A stretch of 40,620 nt of DNA from an uncultured Marixanthomonas sp. (GTDB lineage: Bacteria > Bacteroidota > Bacteroidia > Flavobacteriales > Flavobacteriaceae). The stretch lies in the NCBI GenBank assembly GCA_913057965.1, contig CAJXPE010000001.1, positions 1 through 40,620 of the forward strand. The letters run 5' to 3'. The position numbers and the translations under genes are program-made. The notes beneath the pieces were generated by a model that saw only the letters and a list, made by a program, of their open reading frames with translations, was not told the DNA's origin and ran no database searches. Below are positions 27,141-38,610 of the stretch, piece after piece. Each line of letters starts with the position of its first letter. The first letter of the stretch is position 1.

Positions 27141-27752
27141 ATGTCTGGGTTAATTGGAAAAAAGATAGGGATGACCAGCCTTTTTGACGAGAACGGAAAA
27201 AATATTCCGTGTACCGTTATTGAAGCAGGACCCTGTGTTGTCACCCAAGTCAGAACCGAAGAGGTTGACGGGTACAAAGCCCTTCAACTTGGTTTCGATG
27301 ACAAAAAGACTGCTAATAAAGCCTCTGAGGGCCATGCCAAAAAAGCTGGAACTGTTGCTAAGCGTCGTGTTGTTGAATTCCAAGGATTTGAAGAGGATTT
27401 TAAATTAGGTGACAGTGTCACCGTTGAACACTTTGCTGAAGGCGAGTTCGTGGATATTTCAGGAACAAGTAAAGGTAAAGGATTTCAAGGAGTTGTAAAA
27501 CGTCACGGTTTTGCCGGTGTGGGTCAAGCGACTCACGGTCAGCATAACCGATTGAGAGCTCCTGGTTCTATTGGTGCTGCATCGTATCCTGCGAGAGTTT
27601 TCAAAGGAATGCGAATGGGCGGCCAAATGGGAAGTGAAAAAGTGAAAGTACAAAACCTAAAAGTATTGAAAGTGGTTACTGAAAAGAACTTACTTGTAGT
27701 GAAAGGCTGTGTGCCAGGTCACAAAAATGCTTATGTAACGATTCAGAAATAA
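27141..27752 (+). CDS. rplC: 50S ribosomal protein L3 (start moved from 27099 to 27141)
   Basis: [12 protein letters not shown] is the conserved L3 N-terminus. Also SKGKGFQG and RAPGSIG. Confidence 0.97.
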   Translation: MSGLIGKKIGMTSLFDENGKNIPCTVIEAGPCVVTQVRTEEVDGYKALQLGFDDKKTANKASEGHAKKAGTVAKRRVVEFQGFEEDFKLGDSVTVEHFAEGEFVDISGTSKGKGFQGVVKRHGFAGVGQATHGQHNRLRAPGSIGAASYPARVFKGMRMGGQMGSEKVKVQNLKVLKVVTEKNLLVVKGCVPGHKNAYVTIQK

Positions 27753-28381
27753 TGAAGGTAGCAGTATTAGATAAAACCGGAAAAGACACAGGTAGAAAGG
27801 TAGAGCTTTCTAAAGATGTGTTTGGAATAGAGCCTAGTAACCACGCTGTATATCTTGATGTAAAGCAATATCTTGCCAATCAAAGACAAGGTACGCATAA
27901 AGCAAAAGAGCGTGCAGAGATAGCGGGGAGTACTCGCAAAATCAAAAAGCAAAAAGGTACGGGTACCGCTCGTGCAGGTAGTATAAAGTCGCCAATTTTT
28001 AAAGGTGGTGGTAGAGTATTTGGTCCTAGACCAAGAAGCTACTCCTTTAAACTAAACAAAACCCTTAAGCGTTTAGCGCGCCGTTCGGCCTTAACAATGA
28101 AGGCAAAAAATAAGGCGATTGTTGTGATGGAAGACTTGCAAATGGATGCTCCAAAAACAAAAGATTTTACTGCAGTTTTAAAGAGTTTAGGACTAGAGAA
28201 TAAAAAATCTTTGTTTGTGTTGGGAGAGTCAAATAATAATGTATATTTGTCGTCTCGCAATTTGAAAAAGACTGAAGTTGTAAGTAACTCACAATTAAGC
28301 ACTTATCAAATAATGAATGCAAACAGTGTCGTACTGTTTGAAGGTTCTTTGGAAGAAATTGAACAAAACTTAAGTAAATAG
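27752..28381 (+). CDS. rplD: 50S ribosomal protein L4
   Basis: RQGTHKAK, QKGTGTARAG and GGGRVFGP. Confidence 0.99.
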   Translation: MKVAVLDKTGKDTGRKVELSKDVFGIEPSNHAVYLDVKQYLANQRQGTHKAKERAEIAGSTRKIKKQKGTGTARAGSIKSPIFKGGGRVFGPRPRSYSFKLNKTLKRLARRSALTMKAKNKAIVVMEDLQMDAPKTKDFTAVLKSLGLENKKSLFVLGESNNNVYLSSRNLKKTEVVSNSQLSTYQIMNANSVVLFEGSLEEIEQNLSK

Positions 28382-28388
28382 AAGCAAG

Positions 28389-28679
28389 ATGAATATCTTA
28401 ATAAAACCTATTATTACGGAAAAAGCTACAAAAGATGCGGAAGATAATAACCGTTACGGATTTGTGGTGAACCCAAAGGCGAACAAGGTAGAAATCAAAA
28501 AAGCGGTTGAGGCTGCTTATGAAGTTTCTGTTGAAAAAGTTCGCACAATGAATATCCGCCCAGATCGCCGAACTCGTTACACGAAAACAGGCATCCAAAC
28601 TGGTAAAACAAATGCTTATAAAAAAGCAATTGTACAGGTGGCGGAAGGTGATACAATAGATTTTTACAGTAATATGTAA
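28389..28679 (+). CDS. rplW: 50S ribosomal protein L23
   Basis: PIITEKA, ANKVEIKKAVE and KKAIV. Confidence 0.98.
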   Translation: MNILIKPIITEKATKDAEDNNRYGFVVNPKANKVEIKKAVEAAYEVSVEKVRTMNIRPDRRTRYTKTGIQTGKTNAYKKAIVQVAEGDTIDFYSNM

Positions 28680-28708
28680 GCTGTTGCTTGCATTAAATTA
28701 GACAAAAC

Positions 28709-29533
<825 letters not shown>

Positions 29534-29536
29534 GTT

Positions 29537-29815
29537 ATGGCAAGATCGTTAAAAAAAGGACCTTACGTTCACTATAAGCTAGAACAGAAAGTAGAGCAAA
29601 ATGTGGCTTCAAATAAGAAGACTGTGATCAAAACTTGGTCTCGTTCTTCTATGATAACTCCAGATTTTGTTGGGCAAACCATCGCGGTACATAATGGACG
29701 CCAATTTGTTCCTGTATATGTAACTGAGAATATGGTAGGACATAAATTAGGCGAATTTTCACCTACACGATCATTCCGTGGTCACGCAGGTGCTAGAAAC
29801 AAAGGAAAAAAATAA
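29537..29815 (+). CDS. rpsS: 30S ribosomal protein S19
   Basis: [14 protein letters not shown] and [11 protein letters not shown]. Confidence 0.99.
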   Translation: MARSLKKGPYVHYKLEQKVEQNVASNKKTVIKTWSRSSMITPDFVGQTIAVHNGRQFVPVYVTENMVGHKLGEFSPTRSFRGHAGARNKGKK

Positions 29816-29821
29816 TAAGCC

Positions 29822-30229
29822 ATGGGAGTTCGTAAAAGAGAAAGAGCAGAGCAAATCAAGGAAGCAAAGAAAACACAGTACTTTGCTAAATTGAATAATT
29901 GCCCTACATCACCAAGAAAAATGCGTTTAGTTGCAGATTTAATCCGTGGTGAAAAGGTAAATAAAGCACTTAATATATTAAGATTTAGTAAAAAAGAAGC
30001 TTCAGGACGTTTGGAAAAACTATTGCTTTCAGCCATTGCAAATTGGCAAGCAAAAAATGAAGATGCTTCAGTAGAAGATGCTGATCTTTTTATAAAAGAA
30101 GTACGCGTAGATAGTGGTACAATGTTGAAGAGACTTCGCCCTGCACCACAAGGTCGCGCGCATAGAATTAGAAAACGTTCCAATCATGTTACTATGATAC
30201 TTGGAGCTAACGATAACACACAAAGCTAA
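29822..30229 (+). CDS. rplV: 50S ribosomal protein L22
   Basis: [14 protein letters not shown] and RPAPQGRA. Confidence 0.98.
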   Translation: MGVRKRERAEQIKEAKKTQYFAKLNNCPTSPRKMRLVADLIRGEKVNKALNILRFSKKEASGRLEKLLLSAIANWQAKNEDASVEDADLFIKEVRVDSGTMLKRLRPAPQGRAHRIRKRSNHVTMILGANDNTQS

Positions 30230-30236
30230 TAATTAA

Positions 30237-30950
30237 ATGGGACAGAAAACAAATCCAATCGGTAACCGCTTAGGTATCATTAGAGGATGGGAATCCAACT
30301 GGTACGGAGGCAACGACTACGGTGATAAACTTGCCGAAGACGATAAGATTAGAAAGTACATTCACGCTCGTTTAAGTAAAGCTAGTGTGTCTAGGGTGAT
30401 CATTGAGCGTACCCTTAAGCTTGTAACCGTTACTATAACCACAGCCCGCCCCGGTATTATTATCGGTAAAGGAGGTCAGGAAGTAGACAAGCTTAAAGAA
30501 GAGCTTAAGAAAATTACCGGCAAAGAGGTACAGATCAACATCCATGAGATTAAAAGACCTGAGCTTGATGCACATCTAGTAGGAGCAAGTGTTGCAAGAC
30601 AAATTGAAAATAGAATTTCATACCGTCGTGCAATAAAAATGGCTATCGCTGCTGCAATGCGTATGAATGCTGAAGGAATTAAAATACAAATCTCAGGACG
30701 TTTGAATGGAGCTGAAATGGCACGTTCAGAAGCGTACAAAGATGGTCGTATTCCGCTTTCAACATTTAGAGCCGATATTGATTATGCTTTAGTAGAAGCT
30801 CAAACTACCTATGGTAAGTTGGGGGTTAAAGTATGGATCATGAAAGGTGAAGTATATGGAAAAAGAGATCTTTCACCATTAGTTGGTTTATCCAAAAAAG
30901 GTGGAAAAGGAGCCGGGCGAGGTGGTAACAAATCACGTCGCAGAAAGTAA
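30237..30950 (+). CDS. rpsC: 30S ribosomal protein S3
   Basis: MGQKTNP, KH motif PGIIIGKGG and [10 protein letters not shown]. Confidence 0.99.
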   Translation: MGQKTNPIGNRLGIIRGWESNWYGGNDYGDKLAEDDKIRKYIHARLSKASVSRVIIERTLKLVTVTITTARPGIIIGKGGQEVDKLKEELKKITGKEVQINIHEIKRPELDAHLVGASVARQIENRISYRRAIKMAIAAAMRMNAEGIKIQISGRLNGAEMARSEAYKDGRIPLSTFRADIDYALVEAQTTYGKLGVKVWIMKGEVYGKRDLSPLVGLSKKGGKGAGRGGNKSRRRK

Positions 30951-30968
30951 TTTTTTAAAAAGAAGAAA

Positions 30969-31388
30969 ATGTTACAACCTAAAAGAACAAAATACCGTAA
31001 ACAACAGAAAGGTCGAATGAAAGGCAATGCCGGTCGTGGAACCCAGCTAGCTAACGGTACCTTTGGTATTAAGTCTTTAGATTCAAAATTTGTGACAGCT
31101 CGTCAAATAGAAGCTGCACGTATTGCCGCTACTCGTTATATGAAAAGAGAAGGTTCTATCTGGATTATGATATTCCCAGATAAACCAATTACTAAAAAAC
31201 CTCTTGAAGTACGTATGGGTAAAGGTAAAGGTGCTGTAGAATATTACGCAGCTGTAGTAAAACCTGGTCGAATTATGTTTGAAGTTTCTGGTGTGCCTAT
31301 GGCAACCGCTAAAGAGGCGTTACGACTGGCAGCTCAAAAGCTACCCGTAAGAACAAAATTCGTTATGTCTAGAGATTATCAAGAATAA
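30969..31388 (+). CDS. rplP: 50S ribosomal protein L16
   Basis: [11 protein letters not shown] and RMGKGKG. Confidence 0.99.
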   Translation: MLQPKRTKYRKQQKGRMKGNAGRGTQLANGTFGIKSLDSKFVTARQIEAARIAATRYMKREGSIWIMIFPDKPITKKPLEVRMGKGKGAVEYYAAVVKPGRIMFEVSGVPMATAKEALRLAAQKLPVRTKFVMSRDYQE

Positions 31389-31405
31389 TTTTTGAAATTG
31401 TCACT

Positions 31406-31597
31406 ATGAAACAATCAGAAATAAAAGAAGCATCAACAGCAGAGTTACAAGAACAACTTGCTGAATCGACAAAGGCATATTCAGACCTTAAAATGGCTCA
31501 CACCATTTCACCGTTGGAAAATCCAATTCAATTAAGAGGGCAGCGCAGAAGCATTGCTAGAATTGCGACCGAACTAACTAAAAGAGAAGTGCAATAA
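31406..31597 (+). CDS. rpmC: 50S ribosomal protein L29
   Basis: LENP...RRSIARIATEL and position in the S10 operon. Confidence 0.96.
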   Translation: MKQSEIKEASTAELQEQLAESTKAYSDLKMAHTISPLENPIQLRGQRRSIARIATELTKREVQ

Positions 31598-31614
31598 CAG
31601 TACGAAGCTGAAAG

Positions 31615-31875
31615 ATGGAAATAAAAAGAAACTTAAGAAAAGAACGTATAGGTGTAGTAACCAGTAACAAAATGGAGAAATCCATAGTAGTTGCTGAAAC
31701 TAAGAAAATGAAACACCCTATGTACGGAAAATTCGTGCTGAAAACGAAGAAATACGTAGCGCACGATGAGACAAACGACTGCAACGAAGGTGATACTGTA
31801 AAGATCATGGAAACACGACCTTTAAGTAAAACCAAATGTTGGAGATTAGTAGAAATAATTGAAAGAGCGAAGTAA
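31615..31875 (+). CDS. rpsQ: 30S ribosomal protein S17
   Basis: [17 protein letters not shown] and ETRPLSKTK. Confidence 0.99.
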   Translation: MEIKRNLRKERIGVVTSNKMEKSIVVAETKKMKHPMYGKFVLKTKKYVAHDETNDCNEGDTVKIMETRPLSKTKCWRLVEIIERAK

Positions 31876-31877
31876 TC

Positions 31878-32246
31878 ATGATACAGCAAGAATCAAGACT
31901 TAGAGTAGCAGACAACACCGGTGCTAAGGAAGTACTTACCATCCGTGTGTTAGGCGGTACAAAAAAGAGATATGCTTCCATTGGGGACAAGATTGTAGTT
32001 TCAGTAAAAGAAGCTACTCCTAACGGAAACATTAAAAAAGGTGCCGTTTCTACAGCAGTAGTGGTACGTACCGTGAAAGAAGTTAGACGACCAGACGGAT
32101 CATACATCCGTTTCGACGATAACGCTTGTGTACTTTTAGGCCCTCAAGGGGAAATGAGAGGAACACGTGTTTTCGGTCCTGTAGCCAGAGAGCTTCGTGA
32201 TAGACAATTTATGAAAATAGTATCATTAGCACCAGAAGTGCTATAA
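31878..32246 (+). CDS. rplN: 50S ribosomal protein L14
   Basis: [13 protein letters not shown] and IVSLAPEVL. Confidence 0.99.
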   Translation: MIQQESRLRVADNTGAKEVLTIRVLGGTKKRYASIGDKIVVSVKEATPNGNIKKGAVSTAVVVRTVKEVRRPDGSYIRFDDNACVLLGPQGEMRGTRVFGPVARELRDRQFMKIVSLAPEVL

Positions 32247-32257
32247 TAGATAACAAG

Positions 32258-32572
32258 ATGGCAAAGCTTAAAATAAAATCAGGCGATACAGTAGTAGTTA
32301 CTGCCGGAGAACACAAAGGCTCAGAAGGTAAAGTAATGAAGGTGATGCTTGACAAAAACAAAGCAATAGTAGAAGGAGTAAACACGGTAAAGAAACATGA
32401 GAAGCCAAGTGCGGCAAATCCTCAAGGTGGAATTTCCGAAAAAGAAGCTCCTATTCACATTTCAAACCTATCATTGGTAGATCCTAAAAGTGGAAAAGCA
32501 ACACGAGTAGGTTATAGAATGGAAGATGGAAAGAAAGTACGATTTGCTAAAAAATCAAATCAAGTATTATAG
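32258..32572 (+). CDS. rplX: 50S ribosomal protein L24
   Basis: KOW motif [13 protein letters not shown] and EAPIHISN. Confidence 0.99.
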   Translation: MAKLKIKSGDTVVVTAGEHKGSEGKVMKVMLDKNKAIVEGVNTVKKHEKPSAANPQGGISEKEAPIHISNLSLVDPKSGKATRVGYRMEDGKKVRFAKKSNQVL

Positions 32573-32574
32573 TT

Positions 32575-33126
32575 ATGGCATATACACCAAGACTTAAGGA
32601 AGAGTACAAGGGCAAAGTAGTAAACGCTCTTACAGATGAATTTGGTTACACAAACGTAATGCAAGTTCCAAAACTAGAGCGCATTGTTGTGTCTCGTGGA
32701 GTTGGAGCTGCTGTAGCCGATAAAAAATTGATCGAGTATTCCGTAGAAGAATTAACAAAAATCACAGGGCAAAAAGCTGTTGCAACAATTTCAAAGAAAG
32801 ATGTTGCTACGTTTAAACTTAGAAAAGGAATGCCTATTGGAGCGAAAGTTACTTTACGTGGTGAGCGTATGTACGAGTTTTTAGATAGACTTATTACAAG
32901 CGCATTGCCTAACGTACGTGATTTTAACGGAATCAACGCAACTGGTTTTGACGGAAGAGGAAATTATTCTTTAGGAATAACAGAACAAATTATCTTTCCA
33001 GAAATCAATATCGATAAAATTAAGAAGATTGAAGGTATGAATGTTACCTTTGTAACTTCTGCCGAAACCGATAAAGAAGCGAAATCATTACTAACGGAAC
33101 TAGGAATACCTTTTAAAAAGAACTAA
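32575..33126 (+). CDS. rplE: 50S ribosomal protein L5
   Basis: [15 protein letters not shown] and FDGRGNY. Confidence 0.99.
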   Translation: MAYTPRLKEEYKGKVVNALTDEFGYTNVMQVPKLERIVVSRGVGAAVADKKLIEYSVEELTKITGQKAVATISKKDVATFKLRKGMPIGAKVTLRGERMYEFLDRLITSALPNVRDFNGINATGFDGRGNYSLGITEQIIFPEINIDKIKKIEGMNVTFVTSAETDKEAKSLLTELGIPFKKN

Positions 33127-33127
33127 G

Positions 33128-33397
33128 ATGGCTAAAGAATCAATGAAAGCCCGTGAGGTTAAGAGACAAAAAATGGTAAAAAAGTATGCCGAAAAACGCA
33201 AAGCTTTAAAAGAAGCTGGCGATTGGGAAGGTTTACAAAAATTACCAGCAAACTCTTCACCAGTACGTTTGCACAACCGTTGTAAATTGACCGGACGACC
33301 TAAAGGGTATATGAGACAATTTGGACTTTCACGTGTAATGTTTCGTGAAATGGCAAACAATGGTTTAATCCCAGGCGTTAGAAAAGCAAGTTGGTAA
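33128..33397 (+). CDS. rpsN: 30S ribosomal protein S14 (89-aa, zinc-independent C- form)
   Basis: [14 protein letters not shown] and IPGVRKASW. Only one Cys. Confidence 0.98.
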   Translation: MAKESMKAREVKRQKMVKKYAEKRKALKEAGDWEGLQKLPANSSPVRLHNRCKLTGRPKGYMRQFGLSRVMFREMANNGLIPGVRKASW

Positions 33398-33408
33398 CAA
33401 CATAAACA

Positions 33409-33462
33409 GGCAGTAGGTTTGGTCTAACCTCGATACCTATCGAGAGATCAAAAACCACTATC
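33409..33462 (+). promoter_or_regulatory. Long imperfect RNA hairpin upstream of rpsH
   Basis: AGT/ACT, GGTTTGGTCT/AGATCAAAAACC and CTCGAT/ATCGAG nested pairings. Confidence 0.5.
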
Positions 33463-33476
33463 GTAAATAACTAAAA

Positions 33477-33878
33477 ATGAATATAGATCCAATATCAGAT
33501 TTTCTAACAAGAGTTAGAAATGCCGTAAAGGCAGGACACCGCGTTGTAGAGATACCAGCGTCAAACCTTAAAAAAGAGATTACAAAAATCTTGTTTGACC
33601 AAGGATATATCTTAAGCTATAAATTTGAAGACGATAAAGGACCGCAAGGGACTATCAAGATCGCTTTAAAATATGATAAGCTTACCAAAGATCCGGTAAT
33701 TAAAAAGATTCAAAGAATTAGTAAACCAGGTTTACGTAAATATACAAGTTCTTCAACCATACCTCGTATTTTAAATGGTTTGGGTATTGCAATTGTTTCT
33801 ACTTCACACGGAGTAATGACAGGAAAGCAAGCTCAAGAAAAAAATGTAGGTGGTGAAGTATTGTGCTACGTATACTAA
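33477..33878 (+). CDS. rpsH: 30S ribosomal protein S8
   Basis: [21 protein letters not shown] and GGEVLCYV. Confidence 0.99.
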   Translation: MNIDPISDFLTRVRNAVKAGHRVVEIPASNLKKEITKILFDQGYILSYKFEDDKGPQGTIKIALKYDKLTKDPVIKKIQRISKPGLRKYTSSSTIPRILNGLGIAIVSTSHGVMTGKQAQEKNVGGEVLCYVY

Positions 33879-33893
33879 AATAAAGACTAAGAG

Positions 33894-34436
33894 ATGTCAA
33901 GAATAGGTAAAAGCCCGGTAGCCATTCCAGATGGTGTAACAGTAGAAGTAAAAGACAACGTAGTTACTGTAAAAGGTAAATTAGGTGAGTTATCTCAGGA
34001 ATTTTCTGAAATAACTATTAAAAACGAAGACGGAACCATTATATTGGAGCGTCCTACTGAAGGAAAAGATCATAAATCAAAACACGGTTTGTATAGAGCT
34101 TTAATCAATAATATGATTGAAGGAGTTACAAACGGATGGACAAAAGAATTAGAACTGGTAGGAGTAGGATATCGTGCCAGTAACCAAGGACAGAAACTGG
34201 ATTTAGCAATTGGTTTTTCACACAACATCGTTTTGGACATTGCTCCAGAGGTGACAGTTGAAACAATTTCTGAAAAAGGTAAAAATCCAAAAGTAAAATT
34301 AACTTCATACGACAAACAATTAGTTGGTCAAGTAGCCGCTAAAATTCGCGGTTTCCGTAAGCCAGAACCTTACAAAGGAAAAGGTATTAAGTTTGTAGGT
34401 GAACAAATAAGAAGAAAAGCAGGTAAATCTGCATAA
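33894..34436 (+). CDS. rplF: 50S ribosomal protein L6
   Basis: MSRIGK, GVGYRA and PEPYKGKGI. Confidence 0.99.
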   Translation: MSRIGKSPVAIPDGVTVEVKDNVVTVKGKLGELSQEFSEITIKNEDGTIILERPTEGKDHKSKHGLYRALINNMIEGVTNGWTKELELVGVGYRASNQGQKLDLAIGFSHNIVLDIAPEVTVETISEKGKNPKVKLTSYDKQLVGQVAAKIRGFRKPEPYKGKGIKFVGEQIRRKAGKSA

Positions 34437-34447
34437 GATATAACGTT

Positions 34448-34804
34448 ATGGCATTATCAAAAACAGATAGAAGGGAACGGATTCGTTTCAGAATCAGAAA
34501 GACTGTTTCAGGAACAGCAGAGCGACCACGTTTGGCTATTTTCCGAAGCAATAAAGAGATCTATGCACAACTTGTTGACGATGTAAATGGAGTTACCATT
34601 ACTGCTGCATCTTCAAGAGATAAAGATATTGACGCTTCAAAAGTAAATAAAAGTGAAGCTGCAAAATTAGTAGGAAAGGCAATCGCTGAGAAAGCTCAAA
34701 AAGCAGGTGTAGAAGCCGTAGCATTTGATCGTGGCGGATACCTGTATCACGGAAGAGTAAAATCATTAGCTGAAGGCGCTCGCGAAGGCGGTCTTAAATT
34801 TTAA
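34448..34804 (+). CDS. rplR: 50S ribosomal protein L18
   Basis: [10 protein letters not shown] and [12 protein letters not shown]. Confidence 0.99.
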   Translation: MALSKTDRRERIRFRIRKTVSGTAERPRLAIFRSNKEIYAQLVDDVNGVTITAASSRDKDIDASKVNKSEAAKLVGKAIAEKAQKAGVEAVAFDRGGYLYHGRVKSLAEGAREGGLKF

Positions 34805-34809
34805 GAAAT

Positions 34810-35334
34810 ATGTATCAAGATTATAAAAACGTAGAAACAGTAAAACCCGGAGGTCTTGACTTAAAAGACCGTTTGGTAGGTGTACAACGTGTAACTAAAG
34901 TAACTAAAGGTGGTAGAGCATTTGGATTTTCGGCCATTGTTGTTGTTGGTGATGAAAATGGCGTAGTAGGCCAAGGACTTGGTAAATCCAAGGATGTTGC
35001 TAGTGCAATTGCAAAAGGTATTGAAGATGCCAAGAAAAACCTGGTACGTATTCCTTTAAATAAAGTAACACTTCCGCACGAACAAAAAGGTAAGTATGCC
35101 GGTGCACGTGTTAATTTATTACCAGCGGCTCCTGGTACTGGTTTGATTGCCGGTGGTGCAGTACGTGCAGTATTAGAGGCTGTAGGGGTACACGATGTAT
35201 TGTCGAAATCTCAAGGATCTTCTAACCCGCATAACGTGGTAAAAGCAACATTTGATGCTTTACTGCAATTGCGAAGTGCAGAAACGGTAGCCAAGCAACG
35301 TGGTATTACTTTGGAAAAATTGTATAAAGGATAA
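34810..35334 (+). CDS. rpsE: 30S ribosomal protein S5
   Basis: [18 protein letters not shown] and GSSNPHN. Confidence 0.99.
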   Translation: MYQDYKNVETVKPGGLDLKDRLVGVQRVTKVTKGGRAFGFSAIVVVGDENGVVGQGLGKSKDVASAIAKGIEDAKKNLVRIPLNKVTLPHEQKGKYAGARVNLLPAAPGTGLIAGGAVRAVLEAVGVHDVLSKSQGSSNPHNVVKATFDALLQLRSAETVAKQRGITLEKLYKG

Positions 35335-35346
35335 ATACTAAAGAAC

Positions 35347-35526
35347 ATGGCAAAAATAAAAGTAACAAAGGTACGCAGCGAGATTAACCGCACGCAAAAC
35401 CAAAAGAGAACGCTTCAAGCTTTGGGCCTTCGTAAGATGGGACAAACAGTAGAGCATGAAAACACGCCAAACATTCTTGGTATGGTAAATAAAGTGAAAC
35501 ATTTAGTTTCAGTAGAAACTGTTTAA
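35347..35526 (+). CDS. rpmD: 50S ribosomal protein L30 (59 aa, not in ORF track)
   Basis: Manual translation MAKIKVTKVRSEINRTQNQKRTLQALGLRKMGQTVEHENTPNILGMVNKVKHLVSVETV, between rpsE and rplO. Confidence 0.98.
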   Translation: MAKIKVTKVRSEINRTQNQKRTLQALGLRKMGQTVEHENTPNILGMVNKVKHLVSVETV

Positions 35527-35536
35527 GATATACAAA

Positions 35537-35989
35537 ATGGAATTAAGTAACTTAAGACCTGCAAAAGGGTCAACTCATAAAGATGGGAAACGCGTAGGAC
35601 GTGGTCAGGCTTCTGGTAAAGGTGGTACTGCAACACGTGGACATAATGGTGCTAAGTCTCGTTCTGGATATTCCAAGAAACTTGGATTTGAAGGAGGGCA
35701 AATGCCTATTCAGCGTCGTGTACCTAAGTTTGGGTTTACAAACATCAACCGTAAAGAATATCAAGGTATAAACGTTGATACACTACAACAGTTGGTAGAT
35801 GATAAAAAAATAAAAGATACTGTTGACTTTGAAACGTTAATGAGTTTAGGCCTTGCTGGCAAAAACGAAATGGTGAAGATTTTAGGAAGAGGAGAGTTAA
35901 AAGCAAAATTAAAAGTATCTGCTCATAAGTTTACTGCCTCGGCAAAAGAAGCTATTGAAGCTGCTGGTGGTGAAGTAGTAACCCTATAA
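35537..35989 (+). CDS. rplO: 50S ribosomal protein L15
   Basis: RVGRGQASGKG and GFEGGQMP..RRVPKFGF. Confidence 0.99.
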   Translation: MELSNLRPAKGSTHKDGKRVGRGQASGKGGTATRGHNGAKSRSGYSKKLGFEGGQMPIQRRVPKFGFTNINRKEYQGINVDTLQQLVDDKKIKDTVDFETLMSLGLAGKNEMVKILGRGELKAKLKVSAHKFTASAKEAIEAAGGEVVTL

Positions 35990-36002
35990 TTTTAAGATAA
36001 GG

Positions 36003-37352
36003 ATGAAATTTATTGATACCTTAAAAAACATTTGGAAGATAGAGGAACTTCGTAACAGAATAATGCTTACGTTGGGTCTTCTTTTAGTGTACCGTTTTGG
36101 TGCACAAGTAGTATTACCAGGAATAGATGCCTCGCAACTTGCTAGTTTTGCAGGTAATTTTGATTCTGGACTTGGTGGTTTGTTAAATGCATTCACAGGA
36201 GGGGCGTTTGCTAATGCTTCTGTTTTTGCGTTGGGTATTATGCCCTATATTTCGGCTTCCATTGTGGTACAATTAATGCAGATAGCAGTCCCTTATCTAC
36301 AGAAATTACAAAAAGAAGGCGAAAGCGGAAGAAAAAAGATCACACAAATTACCCGTTGGTTAACAATTGGTATTTGTTTGGTACAAGCGCCTAGTTATTT
36401 AGCAGGTCTTCCTGCTTTAGGAGTGCCTACTGAAGCATTTATATTAGGTCAAACGCCTATGTTTTATGTGTCTTCAGTAATAATTTTGGTTACTGGTACT
36501 ATATTTGCAATGTGGTTGGGAGAAAAAATCACTGACAAAGGTATTGGTAATGGTATCTCTATATTAATTATGGTTGGTATTATTGCAACACTACCACAAT
36601 CATTTGCGCAAGAATTTGCTTCTAGAGTGTTAGAATCAAATGGTGGCTTGATTATGATTTTAATTGAATTGGTTATCTGGTTTGTTATTATCCTTGCTTC
36701 GGTAATGTTAGTAATGGCAGTGCGAAAGATACCTGTTCAATACGCAAGAAGAACCGCTAGTGGTGGATATGAGAAAAATATTTTTGGTGCAAGGCAATTT
36801 ATTCCGTTAAAGTTGAATGCTTCTGGAGTAATGCCTATTATATTTGCACAAGCAATTATGTTCGTTCCTTCAGCTATCGCAAGCATTTCGATGTTTTCCG
36901 ATAGTAATGTAGCACAATCAGTACAAGCTGCGTTTAGTGATATATTTGGATTATGGTACAACCTTGTGTTTGCAACGTTGATCATTATCTTTACATATTT
37001 CTATACAGCTATTACGGTGCCTACTAATAAAATGGCGGACGATCTTAAGCGTAGTGGTGGTTTTATTCCAGGTATTAAACCAGGAGGTGAAACCGGAGAA
37101 TATTTAGACAGAATTATGTCTCAAATTACCTTGCCAGGTTCAGTTTTCTTAGCATTAATAGCAATATTTCCAGCTTTTGTTGTTAAGTTAATAGGAATCC
37201 AACAAGGATGGGCATTATTTTACGGTGGTACATCCCTATTAATTATGGTAGGTGTAGCAATCGATACAATGCAACAAGTTAATTCATACTTATTAAACCG
37301 TCATTATGATGGCTTAATGAAAACAGGTAAAAACAGAAAAGCAGTAGCATAA
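36003..37352 (+). CDS. secY: Preprotein translocase subunit SecY
   Basis: FALGIMPYISASI, GIGNGIS, FIPGIKPG and GGTSLLI. Confidence 0.99.
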   Translation: MKFIDTLKNIWKIEELRNRIMLTLGLLLVYRFGAQVVLPGIDASQLASFAGNFDSGLGGLLNAFTGGAFANASVFALGIMPYISASIVVQLMQIAVPYLQKLQKEGESGRKKITQITRWLTIGICLVQAPSYLAGLPALGVPTEAFILGQTPMFYVSSVIILVTGTIFAMWLGEKITDKGIGNGISILIMVGIIATLPQSFAQEFASRVLESNGGLIMILIELVIWFVIILASVMLVMAVRKIPVQYARRTASGGYEKNIFGARQFIPLKLNASGVMPIIFAQAIMFVPSAIASISMFSDSNVAQSVQAAFSDIFGLWYNLVFATLIIIFTYFYTAITVPTNKMADDLKRSGGFIPGIKPGGETGEYLDRIMSQITLPGSVFLALIAIFPAFVVKLIGIQQGWALFYGGTSLLIMVGVAIDTMQQVNSYLLNRHYDGLMKTGKNRKAVA

Positions 37353-37355
37353 ATT

Positions 37356-37571
37356 ATGGCAAAACAACCCCCAATAGAACAAGACGGAACAATTGTAGAA
37401 GCATTGTCTAATGCAATGTTTAGAGTGGAATTGGAAAACGGTCATATTGTAACTGCGCATATTTCGGGTAAGATGCGTATGCACTATATTAAATTATTAC
37501 CCGGAGATAAAGTTAAATTAGAAATGAGCCCGTACGATTTGACGAAGGCTCGTATAACCTATAGATACTAA
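37356..37571 (+). CDS. infA: Translation initiation factor IF-1
   Basis: [13 protein letters not shown] and [13 protein letters not shown]. Confidence 0.99.
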   Translation: MAKQPPIEQDGTIVEALSNAMFRVELENGHIVTAHISGKMRMHYIKLLPGDKVKLEMSPYDLTKARITYRY

Positions 37572-37609
37572 TACGGTCACTCGTATTAATCTAATTAAAA
37601 ACAAAACAG

Positions 37610-37726
37610 ATGAAAGTAAGAGCATCCGTTAAAAAAAGAAGTGCCGACTGCAAGATAGTTCGCAGGAAAGGCAGATTATATGTTATTAACAAAAAGAACC
37701 CAAGGTTCAAACAAAGACAAGGATAA
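37610..37726 (+). CDS. rpmJ: 50S ribosomal protein L36 (38 aa, zinc-independent C- form, not in ORF track)
   Basis: Manual translation [38 protein letters not shown]. Confidence 0.97.
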   Translation: MKVRASVKKRSADCKIVRRKGRLYVINKKNPRFKQRQG

Positions 37727-37729
37727 GTT

Positions 37730-38104
37730 ATGGCAAGAATCGCAGGTGTAGATATCCCAAAACACAAAAGGGGTGTAATCGCGTTAACGTATATCTTTGG
37801 TGTTGGTAAAAGCCGCGCCCAGGAAATACTGGAAAAAGCCGGAGTTAGCGAAGACAAAAAAGTTAACGAATGGAACGATGATGAAATCGGAAAAATTCGT
37901 GAGGCTGTTGGGTCTTTCACAATCGAAGGTGAATTACGTAGTGAAGTTCAATTAAGCATTAAGCGCTTAATGGATATTGGTTGTTATAGAGGTATTCGTC
38001 ACAGATCGGGACTTCCGTTACGTGGACAACGTACCAAAAACAACTCAAGAACGAGAAAAGGAAAACGTAAAACAGTTGCTAACAAGAAAAAAGCAACTAA
38101 ATAA
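37730..38104 (+). CDS. rpsM: 30S ribosomal protein S13
   Basis: MARIAGV and [18 protein letters not shown]. Confidence 0.99.
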   Translation: MARIAGVDIPKHKRGVIALTYIFGVGKSRAQEILEKAGVSEDKKVNEWNDDEIGKIREAVGSFTIEGELRSEVQLSIKRLMDIGCYRGIRHRSGLPLRGQRTKNNSRTRKGKRKTVANKKKATK

Positions 38105-38115
38105 AACCTAGAGAT

Positions 38116-38520
38116 ATGGCAAAGTCTAACTCAAAAAGTACTAAGAAGGCTGTTAAAAAACGTAAAGTAAACGTTGAATCTGTGGGTCAAGCACACGTAA
38201 CAGCTTCATTTAACAACATCATTATTTCTTTAACAAATAAGAACGGAGATGTAATCTCTTGGTCTTCTGCCGGTAAAATGGGTTTTAGAGGATCTAAGAA
38301 AAACACACCTTACGCTGCTCAATTAGCATCTGAAGATGCTTCAAAAGTAGCGCACGATGCTGGTTTACGTAAAGTAAAAGTATATGTAAAAGGACCTGGA
38401 AACGGAAGAGAATCTGCAATACGATCACTTCACAATTCAGGAATTGAAGTTACTGAAATTATCGACGTAACTCCAATGCCACATAACGGTTGTCGTCCTC
38501 CAAAAAGAAGAAGAGTATAA
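38116..38520 (+). CDS. rpsK: 30S ribosomal protein S11
   Basis: ASFNN, TPYAAQ and [18 protein letters not shown]. Confidence 0.99.
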   Translation: MAKSNSKSTKKAVKKRKVNVESVGQAHVTASFNNIIISLTNKNGDVISWSSAGKMGFRGSKKNTPYAAQLASEDASKVAHDAGLRKVKVYVKGPGNGRESAIRSLHNSGIEVTEIIDVTPMPHNGCRPPKRRRV

Positions 38521-38539
38521 TTTATAATTAATATCAATC

Positions 38540-38597
38540 TGAAGGAATAAAGAAGATTAGAGGATTAACGTAAGACCTTAATTTAATTTTCCCTTCA
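38540..38597 (+). ncRNA. Candidate S4 ribosomal leader (structured 5' region of rpsD)
   Basis: TGAAGG/CCTTCA outer stem and AAGATTAGA/TTTAATTTT inner stem, ending 13 nt before the rpsD ATG. An S4-Flavobacteria r-leader family has been proposed, but the match is not verified here. Confidence 0.5.
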
Positions 38598-38610
38598 AAA
38601 ACACTTAGAA

